Shown here piece after piece: positions 20,204-29,574 of a stretch of DNA of 64,000 nt. The notes under the pieces are model-generated. The model searched no databases and was not told the DNA's origin. It saw nothing but the letters and a program-made list of their open reading frames with translations. The position numbers and the translations under genes were made by a program. Location of the stretch: contig JBBIML010000012.1 in assembly GCA_037444405.1 (NCBI GenBank), positions 64,001-128,000 on the forward strand. Reading direction: 5' to 3'. This stretch comes from Armatimonadota bacterium. GTDB taxonomy: Bacteria; Armatimonadota; Fimbriimonadia; Fimbriimonadales; GBS-DC. Numbering within the stretch: position 1 is the stretch's first letter; each line of letters starts with the position of its first letter.

Positions 20204-21541
20204 TCATAGCGTTTGCAATACCTCCTGGGCGGCGCGCTGTCCCGATTCGATGGCGCCGTCGATGTAGCCCATCCAGCGTGTGGCGGTCTCCGTGCCTGCC
20301 CAGTGGATGCGTCCGACGGGCGAGCGCAGGGCGTGTCCGAACTGGGTCCATGCGCCGGGCGGGAAGTGAGCGCCGTAGCAGCCGCGCGTCCACACCTCCG
20401 CGCTCCAGTCGTGATCCAGATAGAGTTCAGGGTTCGCCGCCCGCTCGCCAAAGTAGCGGGCGAAGCAGGCTAACGCCGCCTGACGCCGCTCCGCTGAAGG
20501 GACCATGCTCATGCGGCGGGCGTCGGCGCCCTCCATAAAGCCCAGCAGGATGCCGACCGAGCCGTCGGGCGGCGAGTTGTCAAACACCAGATGCACGGGT
20601 CCCGTGTCGCTCGTCACGAAGCCGTTCAGCCCCTGCTCGCGCCAGAAGGGGGTCGGGTACACGGCGAAGCATTTGATGACGGAGCCGTTGGGCAGTCGCT
20701 GGGTGAGCTGGTCGCGCGCGGGCGGCATGGGCGGGTCATACTGGATGCGCCCTGTGAGCGTGGGCGGGATCGCCACAATCGCCGCCTTTGCCCGATACAC
20801 CTGACCGCCCGCATGCACCGCCACGCCCGCCGAATCGTGCTGAATGAGCGTCACAGGTCGGTTCAGCAACACGCGCTCGCCCAGCTCGTCCGCGAGGCGC
20901 TTCGCGAGGCTCTGCGCGCCCAGCACGAACCGATCCTGCTGGGCACCGCCGCGAATGCCACTCAACCGCTCCACGCCGCCGCCTGAACGGATATAGAACA
21001 GCGCGTGCAGAAGCGAGAACTCGCACGGCTCGGCGGCGAACACCGCCTCCGCAAACAGAGAGAGTCCCCACCGCCCGATCGCGGTGCGCGTGAAGCCCTC
21101 GATCCATGTGGCGAAGGTCAGCGAGTCCCACTCGCGGGCGCGCGGCGCTTTCCAGGGCGCGTCCAGCGGCACCTCCTGCGCCATCTGATCCAGCCGCGCG
21201 AGGCTGCGCCCGAAATCGAGCAGCGCCAGCAGCCCGATATTCGGCACCACGCCCTTATAGCGGCGCAGTCGCCCCGCCTGATAGAGGAGGCTATCGCCCT
21301 CGTGATAGGTGGGGAACAGCTCAACGCTCAGCTCGCGCGCCAGGGCGTAGGCGCGCTCCTGTGTCGGACCAAGCCACTGACCGCCTAAATCGATCCAGAG
21401 GTTCGGCGCGATTTCATGGCTGAGCAGTCGCCCGCCCACGCGGTCGCGGGCTTCCAGCACCAGCACCGCCCTGCCCGCCCGAACCAGCTCGCGCGCGGCG
21501 ACCAGCCCCGCCACGCCCGCACCCACCACAATCACATCCAT
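20204..21541 (-). CDS. Flavin monoamine oxidase family protein
   Basis: VVGAGVAGL..LEARDRVGGR, DLGGQW, IHWAGTETA..GYIDGAIESG. Confidence 0.93.
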   Translation of the reverse strand: MDVIVVGAGVAGLVAARELVRAGRAVLVLEARDRVGGRLLSHEIAPNLWIDLGGQWLGPTQERAYALARELSVELFPTYHEGDSLLYQAGRLRRYKGVVPNIGLLALLDFGRSLARLDQMAQEVPLDAPWKAPRAREWDSLTFATWIEGFTRTAIGRWGLSLFAEAVFAAEPCEFSLLHALFYIRSGGGVERLSGIRGGAQQDRFVLGAQSLAKRLADELGERVLLNRPVTLIQHDSAGVAVHAGGQVYRAKAAIVAIPPTLTGRIQYDPPMPPARDQLTQRLPNGSVIKCFAVYPTPFWREQGLNGFVTSDTGPVHLVFDNSPPDGSVGILLGFMEGADARRMSMVPSAERRQAALACFARYFGERAANPELYLDHDWSAEVWTRGCYGAHFPPGAWTQFGHALRSPVGRIHWAGTETATRWMGYIDGAIESGQRAAQEVLQTL

Positions 21542-21565
21542 TTCCTGTGCCCGTGTGAACGAATC

Positions 21566-21766
21566 TCAGAACGGTAAGCGGCTTTTGCGCGTTTGCAGCT
21601 GGGCGTCAAAGTAGCACGGGCATCCCTGCCCGTGCAAACACTGCAGTTGTGCCTCCCATTTGGCGGGCGGTCCCAGCGCGGTCTTGACAGGTCCGATATT
21701 CGCCAGAAACTGCGCCACCTGCGCCTCAAACTCACGGTCGGGTCCTTTGACATAATCGCGCGCCAT
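21566..21766 (-). pseudogene. Probable 5' remnant of a longer gene (MARDYVKGPDREFEAQ...), running into a REP hairpin
   Basis: Strong GGAGG RBS before ATG 21766; ~35 plausible codons, then the frame crosses the REP at 21611-21635 and stops. Confidence 0.45.
21611..21635 (+). repeat. GTAG-type REP-like hairpin, copy 2
   Basis: GTA-GCACGGGCA-TCCC-TGCCCGTGC. Confidence 0.7.
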
Positions 21767-22014
21767 CGCTTGATTCCTCCACCTGTCCTGTTCGCCGTGC
21801 CTGCCCCCCCTCCTGCTGGAAAAGAAACTCCGTCTCAACGCGGCGGACATCCGTCTCAACGCGCAGGAGGGGGGCATCCGGTGGCAAACACGGGCTGACG
21901 CTTTCCATTTTGAACTCGCTGGCTGTACCCTTGTCAGCGTTGGCATAGGGGCGTTTGGGGCGCGGGCAAGTGCCAGAATTGACCCCGAATTTGCCCCTAT
22001 TGGCTCCTGACCCC

Positions 22015-22043
22015 TTGCCATTGGGCGAAAAATGGGATATAAT
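22015..22043 (+). promoter_or_regulatory. Sigma70-type promoter for the HAF-repeat gene
   Basis: TTGCCA-17 nt-TATAAT, then AGGAGGT RBS before ATG 22096. Confidence 0.75.
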
Positions 22044-22095
22044 AGTGGTAGCCTCTGCGCTACGGGGCGCGGGGCGGAGCAGAGGAGGTCAAACG

Positions 22096-23046
22096 ATGCG
22101 ACGCGGTATTCCGGAGCGGGCATCCGCGCTTGTGAGCGCGACGGTGGTGTTGGCGTTGACAGCGACCGTGGGTTGGTCGCAGAGTTTGACCTGGCTTGGC
22201 ACGCTCGGTGGATACAGGAGCGCGGCTCGGGGCGTTTCGGCGGACGGCGCGGTGGTCGTGGGCTATACTTACAACGCCAGCTATCAGTGGCGCGCCTTTC
22301 GCTGGACGCCGGCAACGGGAATGCAGGACCTCGGCACGCTCGGTGGATATATGAGCGAGGCTTTTGGCGTTTCGGCGGACGGCGCGGTGGTCGTCGGCGG
22401 GGCAAACACCGACGAGATCTATATCTATCCTCTGCATGCCTTTCGCTGGACGCAGGCAACGGGGATGCAATACCTCGGCACGCTCGGTGGCATTGGTGGG
22501 AGCGAGGCTTATGGCGTTTCGGCGGACGGCGCGGTGGTCGTGGGCCGGGCATCCCGCGATCAGAACCGCGCCTTTCGCTGGACGCCGGCAACGGGAATGC
22601 AAGACCTCGGCACGCTCCCCGGTGGTGGTGCGAGCTGGGCTTATGGCGTTTCGGCGGACGGCGCGGTGGTCGTGGGCTGGAGTGATGGTCGCGCCTTTCG
22701 CTGGACGCTGAATGGCGGAATGGAAGACCTGAACCAGACCTACGCCAGCCTGCTCACGGGCGGCTATCTGATAGAAGCCCGCGCCATCAGCCCCGATGGG
22801 CGGTACATCGTGGGGAATGGCTTCCACGCGGCGACGGGGCGCACCAAGGCGTTCCTGCTGGACACCTGGCACACGGGCGACACCAACGGCGACGGTTGTA
22901 TTAATGACGCCGACCTGCTGAATGTGCTGTCCGCGTTCGGCACGCCCGGCACAGGCTACACCCGCCACGAGGACATCAACAAAGACGGCATCGTGGACGA
23001 CGCGGACTTGCTGACGGTGTTGTTCAACTTTGGGAGCGGGTGTTAG
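22096..23046 (+). CDS. Secreted HAF-repeat beta-propeller protein with C-terminal dockerin-like domain
   Basis: Signal peptide; 4x GVSADGAVVVG..(H/R)AFRWT repeats, three followed by ..GMQ(D/Y)LGTL; GDTNGDGCINDADLL..DINKDGIVDDADLLTVLFNFGSGC. Confidence 0.9.
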   Translation: MRRGIPERASALVSATVVLALTATVGWSQSLTWLGTLGGYRSAARGVSADGAVVVGYTYNASYQWRAFRWTPATGMQDLGTLGGYMSEAFGVSADGAVVVGGANTDEIYIYPLHAFRWTQATGMQYLGTLGGIGGSEAYGVSADGAVVVGRASRDQNRAFRWTPATGMQDLGTLPGGGASWAYGVSADGAVVVGWSDGRAFRWTLNGGMEDLNQTYASLLTGGYLIEARAISPDGRYIVGNGFHAATGRTKAFLLDTWHTGDTNGDGCINDADLLNVLSAFGTPGTGYTRHEDINKDGIVDDADLLTVLFNFGSGC

Positions 23047-23160
23047 CCCTTACCCGCGTGCCCCCTCTCCCGCGCCTTCGTAGCTCGGGCATCCTGCCCG
23101 TGACAGGTTTTTGTCCTTAACACCCACTGCCCTCCCGCCCCCGCAGGCAGGGGAGAGGGG
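23047..23160. repeat. CCCTCTCCC element copy 2, containing a nested GTAG REP (23080-23102)
   Basis: First 25 nt match 18039-18063 at 23/25; closing GGGAGAGGGG at 23151-23160; internal GTAG-CTCGGGCA-TCC-TGCCCG. Confidence 0.7.
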
Positions 23161-23241
23161 CTTAGTTTCTCCCTCGCCCCAGTTCCTCCGCATTCGCGCT
23201 GGTGCTCCCAGCCTTATCTAACAGGTATAATCGCTTCTGCC

Positions 23242-24525
23242 ATGAGCGTGATCGATTTCGAGACCTATGTGCGTCGGCAGCGGACTGCCTCTTTGCAGGA
23301 GGTGGACCCCGAAGTGTACGCCCTCATCCAGAAAGAGACGGAGCGGCAGGAGCGCAACCTGGAGCTGATCGCCTCCGAGAACATCACCAGTCGCGCCGTG
23401 CGCGAGGCGGTCGGCTCGGTGATGACCGATAAATATGCCGAGGGCTATCCTGGCAAGCGCTACTACGGCGGCTGCGAGTATTACGACGAGGTGGAACGCC
23501 TCGCGATTGAACGGGCGAAGCAGCTGTTCGGCGCGGAACACGCCAATGTGCAGCCCCATTCGGGCGCGAATGCGAACATGGCGGTCTACTTCGCTGTGCT
23601 TCAGCCGGGCGACACCTATATGGCGCTCGATCTGGCGCAGGGCGGGCATCTGACGCACGGCAGCCCCGTGAACTTTTCGGGCACACTGTATCAGGTGGTG
23701 CATTACGGCGTGCGACGCGACACCGAGACCATCGACTATGACCAGCTGCGCGAGCTGGCACGCCAGCATCGCCCCAAACTCATCGTCGGCGGCGCGACAG
23801 TCTACCCCCGCGAGATCGACTGGGCCGCGATGCGCTCGATCGCTGATGAGGTGGGCGCGTACCTGATGGCGGATATCGCCCATCCTGCTGGCTTGATCGC
23901 CGCGGGCGAGTACCCATCCCCTATCCCCTACGCCGATTTCGTGACCACCACCACGCACAAAACCCTGCGCGGTCCGCGCGGCGGGATGATCCTCTGCCGC
24001 GCCGAATATGCCGCGCTCATCGATAAGACGGTCTTTCCCGGCTTGCAGGGCGGACCGCTGATGCATCAAATCGCGGGCAAGGCGGTCTGCTTCCACGAGG
24101 CGCTCCAGCCGGAGTTCAAAGCCTATCAGCGCCAGGTGAAGGCGAACGCGCGGGCGCTCGCCGCCGCGTTGCAAGCCGAGGGCATCCGACTGGTCGCCGG
24201 CGGCACCGACAGCCACCTGATGCTCATCGACCTCACCCCGCTCGGTCTGACAGGCAAGCAGGCACAGCAGATTCTCGACTCGGTCAACATCACCACGAAC
24301 AAGAACATGATCCCGTACGACACGCAGAAGCCGTTTGTAACGAGCGGCATTCGCATCGGCACACCTGCCGTCACCACGCGCGGCATGCGTGAGCCAGAGA
24401 TGGCGATTATCGCGCAGCTGATTGTCCGTGCCCTGCGCTTTTACGAGAGCGAGCTGGAGCTGGAGCGTGTGCGCCGTGAGGTGCGCGAGCTGACCGCCCG
24501 ATTCCCCGTACATTCTCTCAGTTGA
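23242..24525 (+). CDS. glyA: Serine hydroxymethyltransferase
   Basis: [52 protein letters not shown]. Confidence 0.99.
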   Translation: MSVIDFETYVRRQRTASLQEVDPEVYALIQKETERQERNLELIASENITSRAVREAVGSVMTDKYAEGYPGKRYYGGCEYYDEVERLAIERAKQLFGAEHANVQPHSGANANMAVYFAVLQPGDTYMALDLAQGGHLTHGSPVNFSGTLYQVVHYGVRRDTETIDYDQLRELARQHRPKLIVGGATVYPREIDWAAMRSIADEVGAYLMADIAHPAGLIAAGEYPSPIPYADFVTTTTHKTLRGPRGGMILCRAEYAALIDKTVFPGLQGGPLMHQIAGKAVCFHEALQPEFKAYQRQVKANARALAAALQAEGIRLVAGGTDSHLMLIDLTPLGLTGKQAQQILDSVNITTNKNMIPYDTQKPFVTSGIRIGTPAVTTRGMREPEMAIIAQLIVRALRFYESELELERVRREVRELTARFPVHSLS

Positions 24526-24527
24526 CG

Positions 24528-25307
24528 ATGCGCGTGCTATTTCTGGGCGATATAGTGGGGCGTCCTGGCAGGCGGGGAGTGGCGCAGATACTGCCTGAAT
24601 GGCGCGTGCGCTATGCGCCCGATATTATCATTGCCAATGGCGAGAACGCGGCGGGCGGCATGGGCATCACGCCCGATATCGCAAACGAACTCTTCGCGCT
24701 CGGCATCGAGGTGATGACGCTGGGCAACCATGTGTGGCAGAAGAAGGAGATTTACCCGATGCTCGATTCTGACCCGCGCCTCATTCGCCCGGCGAACTAT
24801 CCGCCGGGCGTGCCCGGGCGCGGCTGGAACCTCTTTCCTGTGCTGGATAAGCAGCTCGCGGTGATGGTACTAACAGGGCGCGTGTTCATGGAGCATGCTG
24901 ACTGCCCCTTTCGCACCTTCGACGCGTTGCGCCCGCAGATCGAGACGCCCTTTTTGCTGATCGACTTCCACGCGGAGGCGACCTCCGAGAAAGCCGCCTT
25001 CGCGCTCTATGTGGACGGTCGTGCCAGCGCGGTCATCGGCACGCACACCCATGTGCAGACCGCCGACGAGCGCATCCTGCCTGGCGGCACGGCGTTCCTC
25101 TCCGATGTCGGCATGTGCGGACCGTTCGACTCCGTGATCGGAATGGACGCCGCGATTGTGATACGGCGGTTCATCACGGGCATGCCTGCCAAATTCGAGG
25201 TGGCGAAGGGCGCGCCGGTCGTCTGCGGCGTGCTGCTCGATTTCGACCGCACCAGCGGTCGCGCCCTCTCCATCCAGCGGCTCCAGCACCGCCTCAGCGA
25301 GGTATAA
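24528..25307 (+). CDS. ymdB: YmdB-like metallophosphoesterase
   Basis: LFLGDIVGRPG, NGENAAGG, TLGNH, DFHAEATSEK, GTHTHVQTAD. Confidence 0.93.
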   Translation: MRVLFLGDIVGRPGRRGVAQILPEWRVRYAPDIIIANGENAAGGMGITPDIANELFALGIEVMTLGNHVWQKKEIYPMLDSDPRLIRPANYPPGVPGRGWNLFPVLDKQLAVMVLTGRVFMEHADCPFRTFDALRPQIETPFLLIDFHAEATSEKAAFALYVDGRASAVIGTHTHVQTADERILPGGTAFLSDVGMCGPFDSVIGMDAAIVIRRFITGMPAKFEVAKGAPVVCGVLLDFDRTSGRALSIQRLQHRLSEV

Positions 25308-25331
25308 TCCCACGCAGGAGGTAGGCAACCA

Positions 25332-26021
25332 ATGAGCGTCGGAACCGCACCCAGAGCAGGCTGGCGCGAGTGGCTCAAGGGCGATAACTACACGCTCCAT
25401 AAACTCCACTCGCTCACCGGCATCTTTCCTGTCGGCTACTATCTGGTGCAGCACCTGTTCTTCAACTCGATGGCAGCGGTTCACCCAAAGTATTTCAATG
25501 CGATTGTGTACTTTTTCAATGTGATTCTGCCCAAGCCTGTGCTGTATGCGATGGAACTCTTTCTGGTGATTTTGCCCCTGCTGTTCCACGCGCTGTACGG
25601 CTTCGTGATTACCTATCACGGCAGGGCGAACATCTATCGCTATCGCTTCAGCGAGAATCTGGCATACACCCTTCAGCGCGTCAGTGGCGTTTATATCTTC
25701 TTCTTCCTGCTTTATCATGTCTATTCCACCTCCATCAGCCACAAGTTGTATGGCACCGATATTTACTATTCAGGAATGCAGGCACAGTTCCAGAACCCGA
25801 TAGTGGTGATTGTCTATGCACTGGGCGTGATTGCCAGCAGCTATCACCTGTTCAATGGGGTCTGGAACTTCTGCATTCGCTGGGGCATCACGGTCGGCGA
25901 GCGGGCACAGCGCACCATGCACCGCTGGTGCATGGTGGGCTTCGTGCTGTTGAGCGCGCTGGGGCTGATCGCGCTCGCGGGCTTCTTTATGCATGAACCC
26001 GTGCCCGCCCCTCAGCATTAA
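25332..26021 (+). CDS. sdhC: Succinate dehydrogenase cytochrome b558 subunit (single diheme anchor)
   Basis: KLHSLTGIFPVG, FHALYG, LQRVSG, YHV, YHLFNG..WGI. Confidence 0.92.
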   Translation: MSVGTAPRAGWREWLKGDNYTLHKLHSLTGIFPVGYYLVQHLFFNSMAAVHPKYFNAIVYFFNVILPKPVLYAMELFLVILPLLFHALYGFVITYHGRANIYRYRFSENLAYTLQRVSGVYIFFFLLYHVYSTSISHKLYGTDIYYSGMQAQFQNPIVVIVYALGVIASSYHLFNGVWNFCIRWGITVGERAQRTMHRWCMVGFVLLSALGLIALAGFFMHEPVPAPQH

Positions 26022-26041
26022 GTAAGAAGGAGGCTTCGACG

Positions 26042-27907
26042 ATGGCAAAGAAGCAGGTTGCAGTAGTCGGTGGCGGACTGGGCGGTCTGATGACCGTCAT
26101 CAAGTTAGCCGAAGCGGGTGTGCATGTGGATCTCTTTTCGCTTGTGCCCGTGAAGCGCTCGCACTCGGTGTGTGCGCAGGGCGGCATCAACGGCGCGGTG
26201 AACACCAAAGGTGAGGGCGATTCGCCCTGGATCCACTTCGACGACACCATTTACGGAGGCGACTTTTTGGCGAACCAGCCGCCCGTGTTGCGCATGTGCG
26301 AGCGAGCGCCCGCGATTATCTACCTGCTGGATCGGATGGGCGTGCCGTTCAACCGCACGCCCGAAGGGCTGCTCGATTTCCGCCGGTTCGGCGGCACGCG
26401 CCACCATCGCACGGCGTTCGCCGGCTCCACCACGGGTCAGCAACTGCTCTACGCGCTGGACGAGCAGGTGCGCCGCTGGGAGGTGGAAGGGCGCGTCACC
26501 AAGTACGAAGGCTGGGAGTTCATCGGGCTGATCCTGGACGACGCGGGACTCTGTCGCGGGCTGGTCGCCCAGGACCTGCGCACGATGCAAATCCGCGCCT
26601 TCCCCGAAGAGGCGGTGGTGATTGCCACCGGCGGACCGGGCATGCTGTTTAAGAACACCACCAACTCGATCATCTGCACGGGTAGCGCGGCGAGCATCTG
26701 CTATCAGCAGGGCGCGTACTACGCGAACGGCGAGTTCATCCAGATTCACCCGACCGCCATCCCGGGCGAGGACAAGTGTCGCCTCATCTCGGAGGGTGTT
26801 CGGGGCGAAGGCGGACGCATCTGGGTGCCCAGAGACCCCTACGATAAGCGCCACCCGCGCGACATCCCCGAAAGCGACCGCTGGTACTTCCTGGAAGAGA
26901 AGTACCCCGCCTATGGCAACCTTGTGCCGCGCGATATCGCCTCACGCGAAATCTTCGATGTGTGCGTCAATCAGCGGCGCGGCATCCAGGGCAAGAACCA
27001 GGTCTATCTGGACATCACGCATCTGCCGCGCGAGCAGGTGGAGCGCAAGCTGTGGGGCATTCTGGAGATTTACCTGAAGTTTGTGGGCGAAGATCCGCGC
27101 GAGGTGCCCATGCGGGTCTATCCCGCCCAGCACTACTCGATGGGCGGGCTGTGGGTCGACTACGCGACCAACGGCGACGGGCTGATGGAGCCTGTCCACC
27201 CGCGCAACCAGATGACCAACATCCCTGGCCTGTACGCGGTGGGCGAGGTGGACTATCAGTATCACGGCGCGAATCGGCTGGGCGCGAACTCCCTGCTGAG
27301 CTGCCTCTTCGCCGGTGAGGTCGCAGGTCCCGCGATTGTGGAATATATCAAAAGCCTGGAGCGCTCGGCGTTCGATCTGCCCACCAGCCTGTTTGAGGCG
27401 GAACAGCGCCGCCACGAGGAGCAGTTCCGCGAGATCAGTCAGCGCACAGGCTCCGAAAACCCCTACCAGCTCGCCGACGAGATGCGCACTCTGATGGACG
27501 AGAATGTAACGCTTGTTCGCGAAAACGCCCGTCTGCAACAGACCCTCGAGCGGCTCAGGGAGCTGCGCGAGCGGGTCAAGCGCGTGAACATCAGCGACCA
27601 TCTCGGCTGGACGAATCAGGTCATCCCGTTCGTGCGCACGCTGCAGCACCAGCTGGAGCTGGCAATCTGCATCACGGCGTGTGCGCTGGCTCGCAACGAG
27701 AGCCGCGGCGCCCACTACAAGCCGGAGTTCCCCCAGCGCGACGACGAGAACTTCCTCAAGACCACGCTGGCAAAATGGACGCCTGACGGACCCATCATCA
27801 AGTACGAGCCGGTGGACACGCATCTGATTAAGCCGCGCCCGCGCCGCTACGACGCGCCCAAAGCGGAGGTCAAAACGCCCACATCTGTCGGCGTCAAAAA
27901 CGGCTGA
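26042..27907 (+). CDS. sdhA: Succinate dehydrogenase flavoprotein subunit
   Basis: VVGGGLGGL, RSHSVCAQGGIN, FIQIHPT, HGANRLGANSL, ESRGAHY. Confidence 0.97.
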   Translation: MAKKQVAVVGGGLGGLMTVIKLAEAGVHVDLFSLVPVKRSHSVCAQGGINGAVNTKGEGDSPWIHFDDTIYGGDFLANQPPVLRMCERAPAIIYLLDRMGVPFNRTPEGLLDFRRFGGTRHHRTAFAGSTTGQQLLYALDEQVRRWEVEGRVTKYEGWEFIGLILDDAGLCRGLVAQDLRTMQIRAFPEEAVVIATGGPGMLFKNTTNSIICTGSAASICYQQGAYYANGEFIQIHPTAIPGEDKCRLISEGVRGEGGRIWVPRDPYDKRHPRDIPESDRWYFLEEKYPAYGNLVPRDIASREIFDVCVNQRRGIQGKNQVYLDITHLPREQVERKLWGILEIYLKFVGEDPREVPMRVYPAQHYSMGGLWVDYATNGDGLMEPVHPRNQMTNIPGLYAVGEVDYQYHGANRLGANSLLSCLFAGEVAGPAIVEYIKSLERSAFDLPTSLFEAEQRRHEEQFREISQRTGSENPYQLADEMRTLMDENVTLVRENARLQQTLERLRELRERVKRVNISDHLGWTNQVIPFVRTLQHQLELAICITACALARNESRGAHYKPEFPQRDDENFLKTTLAKWTPDGPIIKYEPVDTHLIKPRPRRYDAPKAEVKTPTSVGVKNG

Positions 27908-27936
27908 CAAAAAAGCCCTGTGCTGGAGGTGTAGTG

Positions 27937-29574
27937 ATGAGCGACGGCTATGCGATTGGCGTCGATGTGGGCACGGCGAGCGTGCGGGCGGGGCTGTTCG
28001 ATCTCGCGGGCAATCGGCTGGCAATCGCGACCGAACCCATCCAGATCCATCGCCCGAAGCCCGACTACGCCGAGCAGTCCTCGGAGGACATCTGGCGGGC
28101 GGTGGGCGTGGTGGTTCGTCAGGTGGTGCAGGAAGCAGGCATCCCGCCCGAATCGGTCATCGGCATCGGCTTCGATGCGACCTGCTCGCTGGTGGTGCTG
28201 GATCGCGCTGATCAGCCACTGAGCATCTCGCCCACAGGCGACCCGCGCTGGAACATCATTATGTGGATGGACCATCGCGCCACGCGCGAAGCCGACGAGA
28301 TCAACGCGGGCGGCTATGAGGTGTTGCGCTATGTGGGAGGCATCATCTCGCCCGAAATGGAGACGCCCAAACTGCTGTGGCTCAAACGCCATCTGCCCGC
28401 CGTGTTCGAAACCGCAGGGAAGTTTTTCGACCTTGCCGACTTCCTGGTCTACCGCAGCACGGGCAACAATATCCGCAGCGTCTGCACCAAAGTGTGCAAA
28501 TGGACCTATCTGGCGCACGAGTCGCGCTGGGACGAGTCGTACCTGCGGGCGCTGGGCATCGAGTCGATTCTGGAGGGTGGCAGGGCAGGCGAGGCGATTC
28601 GCCCGCTGGGCGAATCGGCGGGACGGCTGACGCCCGACGCCGCGCGCCATCTGGGTCTGACCGAGCGCACGCAGGTGGCGGTCGGCATCATCGACGCGCA
28701 TGCGGGCACGCTGGGGCTTTTGGGCGCAGTATGGAGCGGGCAGGCGCATCCCGATCTGGCGCAGCTGGAGCGGGCGATGGCGCTGATCGGGGGCACCTCC
28801 TCGTGCCTGATGGCGCTCTCACGCGAGCCGCGCTTCACGCCCGGCGTGTGGGGTCCCTACTACGGCGCGGTGCTACCCAATATGTGGATGAACGAGGGCG
28901 GTCAGTCGGCAGCAGGCGCCCTCATCGACTACACGCTCCAGCACCATGTGCATTACGCCACGCTGGAGGCGACGGCGCAGGCGGAAGGCATCAGCGTCTA
29001 CGAAGCCGCCAATCGGATTATCGATAAGCTAAGCGCAGGGCTACCCTATCCGGCGCTGCTCACGCGGATGCTGCATGTCTATCCCGACCATTACGGCAAC
29101 CGCAGCCCGTATGGCGATCCGCATTCGCGCGGGATTGTGGACGGCTTGACGCTGGACATCAGCCCCGAATCGCTGGCGCTGCTCTACTATGCGACGCTGC
29201 AGGCGCTCGCATACAACATTCGTGATGTGTTGCGCGTGCTTTCTGACGCCGGCTATCAAATTGACCAGATTTATGCGACGGGCGGCAGTGTGAAGAACCG
29301 CTACTGGCTGCAGGAGCATGCGGATGCGACAGGCTGTCGCGTGATTATCAATCGCGAGCCGGAGGCGGTGCTGCTGGGCGGGGCGATTCTGGGCGCGGTG
29401 GCGGCGGGCGCGTACCCCGATCTGCCCCGCGCGATGCACGCGATGAGCCAGCCGGAGCGTGTGATCGAGCCGAACCCCGCAACTGCCGACTATCACGCCA
29501 CACGCTTCGAGATCTTTCGCGAGATGTATCAGCAGCATCTGGAGCGGCGGCGTCGGATGGCGCGGTTCACCTGA
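27937..29574 (+). CDS. FGGY-family pentulose (D-ribulose-type) kinase
   Basis: IGVDVGTASVRAG, GFDATCSL, WMDHRA, SPEMETPKLLW, IDAHAG, GTSSC, EGGQSA. Confidence 0.9.
   Translation: MSDGYAIGVDVGTASVRAGLFDLAGNRLAIATEPIQIHRPKPDYAEQSSEDIWRAVGVVVRQVVQEAGIPPESVIGIGFDATCSLVVLDRADQPLSISPTGDPRWNIIMWMDHRATREADEINAGGYEVLRYVGGIISPEMETPKLLWLKRHLPAVFETAGKFFDLADFLVYRSTGNNIRSVCTKVCKWTYLAHESRWDESYLRALGIESILEGGRAGEAIRPLGESAGRLTPDAARHLGLTERTQVAVGIIDAHAGTLGLLGAVWSGQAHPDLAQLERAMALIGGTSSCLMALSREPRFTPGVWGPYYGAVLPNMWMNEGGQSAAGALIDYTLQHHVHYATLEATAQAEGISVYEAANRIIDKLSAGLPYPALLTRMLHVYPDHYGNRSPYGDPHSRGIVDGLTLDISPESLALLYYATLQALAYNIRDVLRVLSDAGYQIDQIYATGGSVKNRYWLQEHADATGCRVIINREPEAVLLGGAILGAVAAGAYPDLPRAMHAMSQPERVIEPNPATADYHATRFEIFREMYQQHLERRRRMARFT

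Noticed and set aside
22231..22710. 29-nt identical repeats with variable spacers resembling a CRISPR array
   Set aside because: Period is 132-147 nt and in frame, the repeats encode propeller blades, and no cas genes are present
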